From Fistulifera solaris (lineage: Eukaryota), in the NCBI GenBank assembly GCA_030295235.1, contig AP026124.1, forward strand, positions 1,674,001 to 1,738,000: a stretch of 64,000 nt of DNA, in the 5' to 3' direction. The position numbers and the translations under genes were made by a program. The notes under the pieces are model-generated. The model made no database searches. It was not told the DNA's origin and worked only from the letters and a program-made list of their open reading frames with translations. Shown here piece by piece: positions 51,215 through 63,482 of this stretch. Position 1 is the first letter of the stretch. Each line of letters starts with the position of its first letter.

Positions 51215-51565
51215 AAGTCATCAGCGCAAGCTTATCGCAAGAATTCAGCAATAGAAAGTGTCCCTTGTCGGCTTCTCTTCCTTTACAGAGAAAGCAATTC
51301 AGGGGTTAATTTCACAAGTAGAGTTATATTCGCAGTAGTTTTCTATTGTCAACTCGGTACCAGGTCAGAATTCTCTGGTCGTTCCGAAGTGAAGATTTTT
51401 CGTACTCGTAAGATGTTTTCCTAGTTGTGCCCTGAGAACGCCCACATGATTAAGCTTATTCCATCGAAAGCACGCACAAAAGTCGATTGCTTGCTCCACT
51501 TTCTCCTAGTGCACTGACTGCCAGTGTCCAATTACTTCCTTTTTCGGAAGACCGCGCAATCTTAC
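51215..51565 (-). pseudogene. Decayed partial duplicate of SZT2-like coding sequence (source about 46720-47075)
   Basis: Colinear similarity, e.g. TTCTCTGGTCG-TTCCGAAGTGAAGATTTTTCGTACTC vs TTCTCTGGTCGGTTCCGAAGTGATGATTTTTCGTGCTC, and CTGAGAACGCCCACATGATTAAG vs CTGAGAACGCGCACATGGCTAAG. Confidence 0.75.
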
Positions 51566-52221
51566 GGCCGAAATGAAGCCACCGTCGAGCTGCTGGTAAG
51601 ATCACGCTCTGCGGCGACAAGTGCCACCGAGGAAATCCGTTCTATTACGAAGGGTTAAACCCTTAGTGCGACGAATTTCCACGCGCATCCTTCATCGACG
51701 CATTGTTAATAGCATAAAGATCATTATCTGCAGGAAAAACAAGAAGGATTTTGTCATGTTGCTTCAAAACGTCGCTCAATGGCACGAACATGAGGGTGAA
51801 AAGAAATGGTGAAAAATCTTGCATTTTTGCCCGAAAAGCACGGTTTGAAAACACTACGTCCTCAAACTACACGTAAAGTAAGTGTAAGTGTACATAGTGC
51901 TTGGTACTTCGGAACGGTACTCATGTGTCGGTCTCTGTCGGAGTCTGGTTGCAAAATGTCGCAGAGGATGATGCACGGACAAACTGGACCATCTTTGAGA
52001 CTCGTGACTCATGGATGAATAACTTTTACACTGACACAGAATGTATTGTCAACATACACGGGACAGAGTGTTTTTACTACTCCGTACTTGTGAAGAGAAC
52101 CAGAGAACCCCCCTGCCTCCCCCTTTTTGCGTCATCGGCGCTTATTTTTGTTGAGAGTTCATTCACAACGACGAGCAAGGGTAATCTCAGAACCGAGATA
52201 CTCAGTATTTGAATTGTGAAA

Positions 52222-53070
52222 ATGAAATTCTTTATGTTTGCAGTTTCTTCTTGTTCACTTGTTTCGCTCTCCGCTTTTCATTCCTCGCAGGTGTACCATC
52301 GACGCCCTGACACGGTCCTTCATCTCGAGAACACGGACCGACGCTCATTTTTACGAGAGGCGGCCCTCGTTGCTGCCACTTCTTCCATATTTACAACCGC
52401 TATCGTTGCGAACGCCGAAGATGAAGACTTAACAACCAAATTGTTCAATGAAGATGGGTCACTGAAAGATGAGTCTATTGAGATCGAAGCAAAATTTCGA
52501 AAAGTAGAGCTCATGTGGGATGGATCCAATCAGTTGGCAATCGCAGTCGACGGAGAAAACACAGGAAGTACTTCGAAAGGATCTTCCTTACGTCTGAGCT
52601 ATGAACTTCCAGAAAAATGGAACACCGATTCCAAGAAGTATATCGACAAAGCCGAAGGTGTCAAAGTATGTGAGCGGATCACAATTTACAGATCGGAAGG
52701 AACAGCAACCCCGAAAGTGCTAGAGAAAGCTTCCGTCAAAGGCATTGGAGAGTCGCTCAAAGTGACCGACGACTTGAAAGGAATTTATAAGGCTGATCTT
52801 ATCGGTGGACGCACTAGAGCGAAAGGCGATCAGAAATATTATGATTTCGACATGGCGGTTGCTCCCTCCTCATGTTCCAATTCACAGGAAGATCTCGGTT
52901 TAGGGTTTTGCCCCTACGATTCTATTTATTTATTATCATCAACAGTATTCGACAACTCTCTCTATGTCTTTGCATTAGAGTGCGACAAGGCCGAGTGGAA
53001 ATTGGCAAACAGTGACCTTCGGAGGGTGAGGTCGAGTTTCTCTGTCGAACGCATGGCCGAGGCCATCTAG
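52222..53070 (+). CDS. PsbP-domain thylakoid lumen protein
   Basis: Signal peptide ending LSA-F; twin-arginine TDRRSFL followed by a hydrophobic A-N-A cleavage segment; YELPEKW, YYDFDM and LRRVRSSFSV PsbP-fold features. Confidence 0.75.
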   Translation: MKFFMFAVSSCSLVSLSAFHSSQVYHRRPDTVLHLENTDRRSFLREAALVAATSSIFTTAIVANAEDEDLTTKLFNEDGSLKDESIEIEAKFRKVELMWDGSNQLAIAVDGENTGSTSKGSSLRLSYELPEKWNTDSKKYIDKAEGVKVCERITIYRSEGTATPKVLEKASVKGIGESLKVTDDLKGIYKADLIGGRTRAKGDQKYYDFDMAVAPSSCSNSQEDLGLGFCPYDSIYLLSSTVFDNSLYVFALECDKAEWKLANSDLRRVRSSFSVERMAEAI

Positions 53071-53189
53071 ATCCTGTAGTATTTGCCACAGAATAGCAAG
53101 AGATAGAAACATAAAGGCTTGCTAATGGAATAAACTTTGAAAAGCGAGAAAAACAAACACTTTTATAACTACTTTGCCCATTAAGGTTG

Positions 53190-54510
53190 TCACAAAACTG
53201 ACACTCCATTTTGTGCCGACCGGATCTCCAATCATACACTTGACACAGCTTTGAACAATACTTAGCACGGCTGCAACGACTGCACATCTTCATCCTAGAC
53301 ACTTTCACTCCAGAATGATTGTGAGCTTCATGTGGTGCAGCACCCCTATCAGTCGAAGCGTTCGTCTGATTACCCGAGGTACTCTGATTTGCGTGTGAAG
53401 GACTGTGATGACGATGTAGATGCGGATGGGCTGCTACACCATTTGCAGGGATGGTGGCCTTAAAAGCCCATCGACCACAAAGAGGGTTCCAGCAGTGACT
53501 TGTGCTGAGATTTCGCAAGTCGGGAGAACGGATGTAATGACGAGATAGCAGTCTGTTCAGGCACAAGTGATCCAAATGACAACGAAGTTCGTCGGCAGTT
53601 GGTTCACCGTATTTTTCTTTCATTTGACGAGCAGGAAGGAGCTCATGTAAAGCAGGAAGGTAACCGGCGTTCGCCGCCATCCTCATATACTTTGACGCAT
53701 CGTCAAAGCGTGAATCGCGAAGGACCAGTCCTAGTGCGTAGGATGCTCTGGCATACCCTTGGGCAGAAGCTACTTCTAGCATACTAATTCCATTCTTGGC
53801 ATCGCGTTGACAATAGGACTGAATAATCCCGAGCCTGAAACGAAAGAAGAATGTCTGAGAAAAATGATCGACAACTCAATTGTGAGATTCTGCATTCAAA
53901 CTTACATATAAAGAGCTTCCAAGTTCCCCGCAACTGCAAATGGCAATAATTTATGTACAGCCGTGTCAGGCGTATCATCTTCAAGAAGAATTCCGTGTAA
54001 ACCCGACACGGGGTCACCTCCTACTCGAATTCCAATTCTCATTGCATTTGAATTCGAAATGTCACGAAACTGCTTTGACGTGCACTGAAGATTGTGTCGA
54101 TCCTCAACAGAATTAAGAAAAGAAAGACAGTGAGCTATAACGTCCTCGGGCATGCTCGTCAGGGAAAGCTTTTTCTCAGGCGTAACAGCGGGTCTCTCGA
54201 CGTCGACTTTGGGGGGAGTCAGCAAAGTCCCATTTAGTCCACGAAAGCGCTTGACGGGCCGGACATCGTCATCTTCCTCAAGAAACGAGGGAACAGCAAT
54301 GTCTAATTCTCTACGAGAAATTAAACACGGTGTTTTAATGCTGCTTTCGCAAACCTCGATAGGAGTTTCGCAATCCCGAGTCCTCTTGCGCCGGCTCTCC
54401 TCGTCCAAGCTCACTTCCATTGGCACCGCGCGCTCGTCAACCTTTACAACAGGAGAACGATTGTTCCCAAAGAGACCTCTGGGAAATATGGAGAGAATCT
54501 GATCCATCAT
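53190..54510 (-). CDS. F-box-like + SEL1-like + MYND zinc finger protein, 2 exons
   Basis: LTSMPEDVIAHCLSFL (F-box); AVAGNLEALYM|LGII...ASAQGYARASYALGL; MCSRCSRAKYCSKLCQVYDWRSGRHKMEC (MYND). Intron 53905-53835. The true stop is probably near 53190 after a homopolymer fix. Confidence 0.8.
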
Positions 54511-55299
54511 GTTGGCTATCGCCTTGCCCCGGGCAACCTTGGCCCTGGCGTTATGTGGTTGTTTTCCTGTCCAGCAAATTCAGTCTAATCCACGCTGCGT
54601 ACGATACCAACGAAAAAGAAGGGGGGAGACCGAGACCGAGAGGGGCGTGCGACCTGCGAAACATGACAGGTTTTTTGTACAGAACTGTATCGGCCTGACA
54701 TCATTCTGGACTATAAATGTCTAGGCACAAGTAGATTAAACGCCAAGACAGGAGTAGTAAGTAGTCATTGTTGTCGACAGGTCATTCTTTATTTAAGTAA
54801 AACGGAAATCCATATTTCAATCCGGCATTCAACGGCTGAAAAAACTTCGCTAGGCATTAAGTATTCTTTCCGCCTACATTTAAATAGGTCTATGAATCTG
54901 GTTGAAACAGTAGTGTGATGATATGGCCTAAATAAACACCCTGTGCTATACACCAAACTTAACAGGCCAATCTTTCTGGTTGAGTCGAGTCCTGGGTCTC
55001 ATAAGACTTGTTCTCGACGCTACTAACTACTAACAGTACTTTGCATCTAGCTTAATCTCTCAAATCTTGGACCTCTTAAGCGAAAAAGGAGGTGAAAGTT
55101 GTCACATGGCATCTAGAGAACATGGCTGATTGGGATGGAACCAGCGCATCATTCATGACTTCCGGGGCGATGAAGAACATGGAAACTTTTCCATAGCGAT
55201 CGTATGTGTGTGTGGTCCTCCCAGCTCTCATCTCTCATCCGCATAGCAATAGCCACACTGAGAGTTTCTGGCATAATTTGATCCAGCTTGCTCGTATTT

Positions 55300-55445
55300 T
55301 ATGCATTAGCCGACAACGGTTTCCAAGCTCGAGCTCTGTAGTTGTACTGTGACCCGGATGTCATGCATCAGCAGACAACGGTTTCCAATCTCGAGCTACG
55401 TAGTTGTACTGTGGCCTGGACTGTTTTCTCAACATGCAGACGACC
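55300..55445. repeat. Short direct repeat, 62-bp period, 2 copies plus a remnant
   Basis: GACAACGGTTTCCAA(G/T)CTCGAGCT..GTAGTTGTACTGTG at 55312 and 55374. Confidence 0.8.
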
Positions 55446-55687
55446 GGATTTCAGTCATAAGTCATGAGACGATCACATTTTTTTGTAAATGTAGAAGTAT
55501 CCTCCTAGTCTATAGTAGCTGCTCACGAACGGTTGTTTTTCCAAAAAAAGTTCGCCTTGGAATGAACATTTCTACTTGATGATGTTCCAATTACTAGTAA
55601 GCCTTTATTGTCAGGATTTCGGATATTTCCTTGATGACTAACCCTGACGAAAAGGAACATTCACAAGCGACTTACGCATCAAGCGCC

Positions 55688-56923
55688 TCAGTCGACTCGG
55701 TAACGCTGTTCTTCCTTCGCGTATTGACTGAAACCTACAGCATCCTTTGTCTCAGCGAAGGAAAGAATTAAATCATCAGTTGGAAGCCCGTCCCTAATAC
55801 GATCCAGAGAAGTTTGCATCGCCTTGATGGACGCTGAAAGTAGAGTCAAAGGATAAGCAGCAACAGTGTAACCCATTTGTTTCCAAAACTTGTGGGGGTA
55901 ATATAGGCGTCGCACCCATTTCGAGCATATTAGCAAGTTTCGGACCGGGAACTCTGCGGCAATATTCTTCCATTTGTTCTACCGACTCTGGAGCTTCCAG
56001 AAACGTCATATCACATCCTGCTTCACGAAACGCCGAACAGCGCTCGATCGCCGCTTCAAAGCCATCCGTTTTCAGTGCATCCGTGCGGGCAAGTACCAAG
56101 GGACCCGAGCCTTTCCCAAATTGTTGTTCGTATTCATCCCTCGCATCACAAGCTGCTCTTACTCGTTGGACAGCTTCATCAAACGAAACGACAGATTTCC
56201 CCGCAACGTGGCCACATCGCTTCGGAGCCACCTGATCTTCAATCATAATACCAGCCATTCCGGCTTTGGCGTATCCGTGAACCGTTCTTTTGACATTCAT
56301 AGCATTCCCGTATCCTGCACAATGGATGAAAAAGATTGTGATGATGAAACAACGGACAGGACGAAGTACACATTGCACCGTCCAAACGAACCTGTGTCAC
56401 CATCGGCAATACATGGAATGGGTTCCATTCCTTGCTCTACTGCTACTGAAGAGAGTCCTTCGGCTACCGAAAAGCAGGCCGACTGCATCTCACCGTACGA
56501 CACGAGCTGCGTGTCCGGGTAGCCGTTGGCGCCCGAGACGCCGAACCCTGTCATAAAAGTCGCCTCAAAACCAGCCCGAGCCACCAAGCGCGCCGTAAGT
56601 CCGTCATAACAACATGGGAGAAGAATCGGTTTGTCAGAGGGTCGCACACCCTCCATCTCTGCCTGCAACAGATTCCTCAGTCGCTGCGGTGGAGGGCCGG
56701 CCATGGCGGGCGTGTGCGAAGCGCCGACCAAAGAAAGGTTCCCGATAGTCAGCGATACCGTCAGTAAAGCTATGCGGGAGAAGGAAACGTACAAGCGGTC
56801 CTGTTTTGCGCGGAGTGAATTCATGATTGAAGATGTTGATGATGAAGATGTATTCATCTCCGTGGTACGGAGTAATATCTTTTTCATTTTTGTGATGGAT
56901 GCTGCATCAGAGATCTGAAACAT
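55688..56923 (-). CDS. ICL/PEP-mutase superfamily lyase (2,3-dimethylmalate lyase / carboxyPEP mutase / PrpB-like); start may be 56704
   Basis: PCCYDGLTARLV, GYPDTQLVSYGEM, IADGDTG|YGNAMNV, IEDQVAPKRCGH, LARTDA, FLEAP, KLANM. Intron 56391-56315; indel at about 55897. Confidence 0.9.
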
Positions 56924-57230
56924 TCGTAGCGGTTCCAGTCACTTTCCAAGTATAAAGTGGTATTCGAAATCGAGCAAACTTCTATAAGACAAAACGTCAA
57001 CGGATCGGTCGATTTTTGCGAGTTTGTATCACGAGGTGCGCATTACCGGTTCCGCACCGGTACCTGGTACATATGGTGCCTGTACCAGGCAAGGTACGCT
57101 GCAACACGCAAGAGTTTGATACTCGTGCAATCAAGACAAGTTTGTCGGCGTCGTCCACGGGCAATAAGTCAACTAATCAGCTTGTTGATCATCATTTCGG
57201 TAACTGCTTCTTTTGAAAAACAACAGAGAA

Positions 57231-58879
57231 ATGATTCCTTCTTTTCATCAGAGACAGCCGAGCTCGCAGAAGACTTTTCGTCCTTCAAGTCGTTGACCGA
57301 TTTTCAAAACGAAATTTACTCGCTCTACCGAGGGAAACAATGGAAAAGCGCCGAAATCTTGGCCCGCTTCGATTTGTCTCACTGTATCTCGAAAGGACAA
57401 AGTCAACATTTTCCGCTGGCCATTCTCGCCGAGTGTGCCTTGGAGCAACATCAATACGTGCATGCGAAGCAATTCTATCAGAGACTCTACGCGTTCGACG
57501 AGAACAAGTACCGATGGAAAGAAGCACAGTGTTTACACAAACTCGGATGTCCCGTGGAAGCCGCCGTTGTGTTAGAGCAAATACCACACAACTGTCGGAC
57601 ACTGTCCATGAATATGATGTTAGGGGATTTATACGAGGCGAACACGAGGCATTCCTCGGCGACGGCGGCCTATTTGCATGCCTTGCGACAGAATCCCTTT
57701 GCTCTGGAAGCCGCGGAGCGCCTCGCCAAACTGGGTGCTGATCGGAACGTCATTTTAGACGCCATGAACGAAGGAGCGCGGAGCAAAGGAATCGGTTCAT
57801 CGGTTGAACTGGAAAACATGCAAGAGCTGGTTTCGGCATTGGTCGCCAAACACAAGTTTCAGACCGCTACGGCGTTGCAACAGCTCACCAAACTGGGACA
57901 GATGTATCCGGATAACATTTATTTGTTGTTGAAACTTGCGAATGTGCATCTATGTATGAGCGATCCTCGGAGTGCCGAAATAACATTTGAGCGTATTCGA
58001 TCGCAAGAAATAACTCAAATAGATAGCATGGATCAATATGCGCACATCCTTGGAAGAGAACACCGGATTGATGATCTTAATGCCTTGGCGGAATCACTTC
58101 TCGCTGTTGACGACAAACGACCGGAAGCTTGGGCTACTCTTGCTATTTACTACGAAGCACTGGAAGATCATAGCAAAGCAACTACTTTTCTAGAAAAAGC
58201 GATTGCTCTCGACCAGAGACACGCTTTTTCGTTTCGATTACGCGGGGCTATGCTCATGACAGATGGACGTCCCGAACACGCTTCTGTGGCCTTCTTCCGA
58301 TCCAACATTATTGAAGCGGACATTGCAAACTATGAAGGGCTCGTCGATGCGTATATAGCAGCCGGAAAGTTCAAAGAAGCAATTGCATCAGCGAAGGAGG
58401 CTATCTCGTTGGCGCCTCGTGATCCTCGTGCCATTACTTTAGTTGGTTTGGCGCTGGCACACGGTTCCACGGATCGACAAGGTGGACCGAACGGACAGGG
58501 TCTCGATAAGGCCAAACGGACATTACGAAAAGCACTTTCGTTTAATCCCAGCTCTCTGCGTCCGCTGTTTGCTCTTATTGATCTGTATATCCGGGAAGGT
58601 GAGATTGATTCGGCAATCGAGGTATTGCAACAAGGTCTGGAAGGGTCCAGTTCTGTTCAGAACGACATGTACGGACTCGATCATATTTCAAATCGTCTAG
58701 GAGAGGTGTACGCCCTCGGAGAGCGCTACTTGGATGCCATTACATGTTTTCATAAAGCTTTAGGAATCAATCCAGAGCTACATGAAGCACAAAGGAACCT
58801 TGATAGAGTGGAGAAGCTAATACGTGGACATGAACCTGAATCGCTCGACGATCTTTCCGTCGAATCTCCCCACCTCTAG
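57231..58879 (+). CDS. ANAPC7: Anaphase-promoting complex TPR subunit, most like APC7
   Basis: YRWKEAQCL...LEQIP..RTLSMNMMLGDLY, ALRQNPFALEAA, SMDQYAHIL, DKRPEAWATLA, YEGLVDAY, AITLVG. The ATG at 57231 needs one extra T in a T-run. Confidence 0.75.
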
Positions 58880-58965
58880 CTATAATCATAGACAACTTTT
58901 TAGAGCGTAAAGCTGTCATCTGTGTACTTCTAAATTTACAATATTTGAATATGGGGAAACGCAAG

Positions 58966-60663
58966 TTATCTGCGAGCGCGACCGTTTCGTCGTTTGCGAC
59001 TGTTGTTCTCTTCCTGCTCCAACATGAACATGGCGCTGAGCTCCTTGAGCGTAGCTTGCTTTCCCTCAATGCTTTCAGTCTTTCTCAAGTGAGCCATAGG
59101 TCCATGAAGTAATTTGTTTACAATTCCCCGCGAAAGGCGCTCCACAGCCTCGAGCTCTTTGTCGCTCAAGTTGGCATTCGAAAGTCTACGTGTGCACTTC
59201 TTCAACTCCTCTTGTCGGAATTCGTTCGCGCGCTCCTGCAGCTGATAAATGGTAGGAATGGTCGAAAGAGCCTCGCGCCATGCAATAAAAGACTCGGCTT
59301 CTTCTTGCAAAAGTTTCTCTGCCTCCAGGATTTCTCGTTGACGCATGGCAGTGTTTCGTGCCACAACCGCCTTGAGGTCATCCACATTGTAAGCTTTTAC
59401 ATTGGGGATCTGGAACACGAATTCGTTAGAAATGAAACGCAACAATCATTCAAATAGTACTTGTACGCCAAGCTTTCTTACCTCGTTGCAGTTCTCATTC
59501 ACATTACGGGGGACCGAGATATCCACCAGCATTAGAGGTCGTCCCCCGACCAGTCCGTTGACATCTAACTTATGCTCGTCAATAACGTAATCAACACAGG
59601 ATGTAGCGGTGTAAACAATGTCGGATCGTCCGACCACGTCCCACAAGTCATCCATCAGTTTGATTTCAATGTCAATATCAGGAAATTGTTCCTGAAGCTC
59701 CTTGGGTCGATCCAGGGATCGATTGACAATGGTAATCTTCTCCAAGCCACGGGAAGCCAAGTGTGTAATCAACAATCGCGTCATTTTCCCGGCACCCACT
59801 GCCGCCAGACGGCACTCCGAAAAGGGCAGTTTCAAATCTTTCATCGACAACATTTCACTAAGTTCGACTGCCGCCGATGAGATACTCACGGACCCCTTGG
59901 AAATGGCCGTTTCCGAGCGCACACGCTTCCCCGCCGCCACCGCGTTATTCAAAAAGACGGGAAAGCACTTTTCCACCACATCCATCTTCTTCAATCGAAT
60001 GCAAATGGCACTGTCGCACTTGCGATAGAATTTGTCCTTCCCCGACAATCAAGGAATCCAAGCCACCCGCCACGCGCATAATGTGCCAGACGGCGTCATC
60101 GCCCGACAACATGAACAAGTTGCGACGGAGCGAACTGACAGGAATACCGGATCGTTCCGACAGATACTGCGTGACATGCGCCATGGCGGCTCGTGCGTCG
60201 GTCGCGGCATAATAGACTTCGAATCGATTGCACGTACTGAGGACGGCGGCCTCATTGACCTTGCCGTTGGCACAGAATTTCGTTGGAAGCCGCATTCCAT
60301 TCGGCTTCAGGAATGGCAAGTTTTTCGCGAACTTCGACTTCAGCGTGATGAATCGAGAGTCCGACGACGTGCACTTGCAGTCCTTTTGTGGCGGCTTCGA
60401 GTCGTTCCTGTGTGTGGCGACACTTTTGTGTCAGAAAAACAAAAGGGACGAGTCTATTTTCGACTATTTCCCGCACGATTGACACGTACCTCACGCGTCT
60501 TCTTTTTCGTCTCCCCGTTAATCATTTCTCCTGTGGCAATCATGGATAGTTGTTGTAAAGGCGACGCGGTCGATGTAATAGCAACCGACGGAAGGGGTGC
60601 TACAAAGGCGCTCACTGGCGCAATAGCGACAACGCACACAAGTACACTCGTAACGAACTTCAT
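58966..60663 (-). CDS. hemA: Glutamyl-tRNA reductase, plastid-targeted; introns 60489-60408 and 59481-59410, plus indels
   Basis: VSA-FVAP presequence; VVGLSIHHAEVEVREKLA, VLSTCNRFEVY, AGGLDSLIVGEGQILSQV, VGAGKM, DISVPRNV, GIVNKLLHGP. Confidence 0.95.
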
Positions 60664-61176
60664 TTTTCTTGACTATTGTAAATTGAATATGAAACGCTCG
60701 TCAAATAATTACAGAGTCAATAGAACCAAGACACAAACCCTCTATGTTCGGTAAACGGATTGGCGAATGTCGTCCTTCTATCCACGTGACCGTGTTGCAC
60801 CGCTGCCAGCGAAAAACGTTCTCGAGAGAACGCATTGCGACAACCGATGGGCTTCCGCGTAGAGTGCCGTAGAAATGTTACGTCGTTCGTTCAGATGTTA
60901 CTTCAACTTGGCAGAATGGATTTCACTTCAAGACCATCATGGACTACTGTATTATGGATTGAGATCACTGCTCGGTAGTTCCTACGGAGGACAGACGGGA
61001 CCAGGAAGAAGGACGACGGACGGAAAGTGGACGAAAAAGTAAAAAAAAAACTGTAATATGGAACGAGTGAGAGTGATGTGTTGGCGACGAAAAAAAATGG
61101 TCAGCGACATCGTTCGTAATAACAATCCCGACTCATTCCGGAAAAATATTAGCCAGCCGAGCAACTCTTTTCACTC

Positions 61177-62114
61177 ATGGGCTCGTCAGTTTCAACGCCA
61201 AAAAAGGACGACAGTACGGACACACCGGCGGGACCGACCGAAGAAGTCTATCCTACTCCGACGGGCCACGAATACGACACCATCGATAAACTAGCTGCCG
61301 AATTACCGCACATTATTGATGATGAAAGTCGACAACAAGTAGAAGACTACAAACAAGCTTGTGACGATGGAAAGGGACCCATGGTAGCGTGTTTTTCGAC
61401 CGCCGAGTATCTCAGTCTTTTGAACGAAAACACAAAGAAGCGGCCGATCTTTACCGCAATGTCTGTTTCCGACCCAAAGAGGACAAGAGTCCCAACCGTA
61501 TGCTCGTCGACGGCACCATGGCGTACCCTCCTGGTTGTTATAATTTAGGGAAAATGCTCATGACCGGCAAAGGTGTCGTGCAGTACGATCGCGACGAAGC
61601 GTACCGGTTACTCGATCGGGCGTGTCGCGGGGAACACGGAGGTGCGTGCTATTTACAAGCACAGATACTGTGTTCGCGACCCGGATCTCTCGGCAAGAAT
61701 ATTCCGCACGATCCACACAAGGCCATGGAACTTTATCAAAAGACATGTGATCAAGGTGATTCGATTAGTTGTTATACTTTGGCCACCATGCTGTTGCGCG
61801 GGGACCGCGTTTCGAAATCGGCCAACAATGTCTCACCACAAGAAGCCCGGGGCGAAGCGCCTCTTTTAAAACGCGAAAATGAAGAAGATCGCCGTCGTGT
61901 TCCCGAACAAGATCCTTACGTGATTCCGCGGAATCCGAAACGCGCTGAGAAGTTGCTGGAGCACGCTTGTAGGACTGGGTCGCATATCACTTCTTGTCAC
62001 AATCTAGCGGTCATGTACACACACGGAGATGACGGAGTCGATCCAGATCCCGAAAAAGCGGAGCAATACAAGAAAATGACGCAGGACAAGATCAATATGT
62101 TTGGCGGGTTTTGA
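61177..62114 (+). CDS. COA7: COA7-like SEL1-repeat cytochrome c oxidase assembly factor; indel at about 61420
   Basis: Cys-paired SEL1 repeats (ACFSTAEYL, GCYNLG, ACRGEHGGACY, TCDQGDSISCY, ACRTGSHITSCHNLAVMYTHGDDGV). Confidence 0.75.
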
Positions 62115-62494
62115 AAACATTTTGAAGAAAGAATCATCTTTGAGCGTAAGACCAATCGTGTCGACCGCAAACTTGTAGAAAACAGTTTGACGTGATAAAG
62201 TAGAGCACAAGTAATCATGTTCGTTGACCTAGTTCGTATTTCATCTGTGTTACTTGTAGTTTAGAACATCGTATTGTTGTTTTGAATGCCTTACCAGGGT
62301 ATAGAAAAAAGCTCATAACCTCATGTTCGTAGCCAAGTATTGGACAGAAGGTCAGATGCTGAAGAAAAAAGCTGCATTGCAAATCCCAACTTCTTAAAAA
62401 GAAAAAACGAAACTGAGCAACAACAACAACATCATCTATTTTGAACGAAAATCACAAACGCCTTTCCCAACATACTACAAGTCTATTGTAAATA

Positions 62495-63482
62495 ATGGTA
62501 GTTTTTACGTGCGATGGTTGCGGGGACATTCTGAAGAAAAATCAGGTGGACAATCACGCCAACCGATGTCGTCGATGCGATTCCGTCAGTTGTGTCGATT
62601 GTGCTGTTTCATTCTACGGAGGTAGGTTTTAATTGTCTGTAACGGAATGATGCGTTTCTTTTTTCCAAGTGATGGAGATTCTGTTCGAGCTCGAATGGCA
62701 TCTCTGCCGTGGGAGTTTCAAAATGTTTTAATTAAACTCTGATGGACAATCAAGCGGGTAGTGTTGGATTGATTGTCCGAAGAAACGTTTCTTCTCAGTT
62801 CATCAATTTCTTCTTTGATTAGACGACTATCGAAAGCATACATCATGCTTAACAGAAGTCGAGCGGTACGAGAAAAGGACTCCTTCGTCCAAGCCAGCGA
62901 AAACCAATCCTCAGGATCAGTGGATGGAACTGATACGCGATTCGATCGCGACAGCACCGGGGCATTTGAAGCATTACTTGGAAACCATGGCGGCCTTGGA
63001 TAATGTTCCTCGCAAAGAAAAGCAATTTCGTAATTTTACCACAAACTCACTGAATTTGAGTAAAAATAAGGCAGCAGAGAATATTGTGTCGGGTATATGG
63101 AGCCATTTAAAAGGATTAAGAGAGAAACAATTATCCGAACGAGCTGGAAGCACAGGCTAAACTAAAGAAGGAAGAAGATTTAGTCGACACAAAAAACGTG
63201 AAAGACGACCCGATAGAAGAGAAAGAGACCTCGGACGATGGCAAAAACAACAAGGGGAAACTGGATGCGAAAACGGTCAAGAAAGCAATGAAAAAAGTGT
63301 TGAAGAAATCAAAAGATAGATCTTTGACCGAGAAACTTCTTCGAAAAGCCGTCCAAGAGTATCTTGGGCTGTCGAAAGATTCGAAATCAGATATCAAAGC
63401 ACTCGTGAAGACCACTGTGGCTAGCTCGAAGGATGCTGTTTACGAGATGAACGGGAAAACCATCTCGCTAAAATTAGATTGA
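62495..63482 (+). CDS. LYAR: LYAR-type C2HC zinc finger nucleolar protein, 2 exons (exon 1 absent from the ORF track); indel at about 63150
   Basis: MVVFTCDGCGDILKKNQVDNHANRCRRCDSVSCVDCAVSFYG, then intron 62622-62822, then DDYRKHTSCLTEVERYEK...NVPRKEKQFRNF and a Lys-rich C-terminus. Confidence 0.9.

Noticed and set aside
54975..55020. CTCATAA anticodon-loop-like sequence (tRNA-Met?)
   Set aside because: No acceptor stem or GTTCGA T-loop could be built.
56957..57230. N-terminal 90 aa of the 640-aa ORF
   Set aside because: GTG start, contains a TACCTGGTA motif typical of non-coding DNA here, and a better ATG at 57231 is restored by one homopolymer fix.
2868..63482. Frameshifts in many genes suggesting programmed frameshifting, RNA editing or mass pseudogenization
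   Set aside because: The sites I checked are +/-1 changes in homopolymers, in both directions (G6 at 4201, A4 at 3839, T7 at 3573, A6 at 25407, A5 at 28353), with no common slippery motif and in essential genes. This is typical of unpolished long-read assembly; short-read polishing would settle it.
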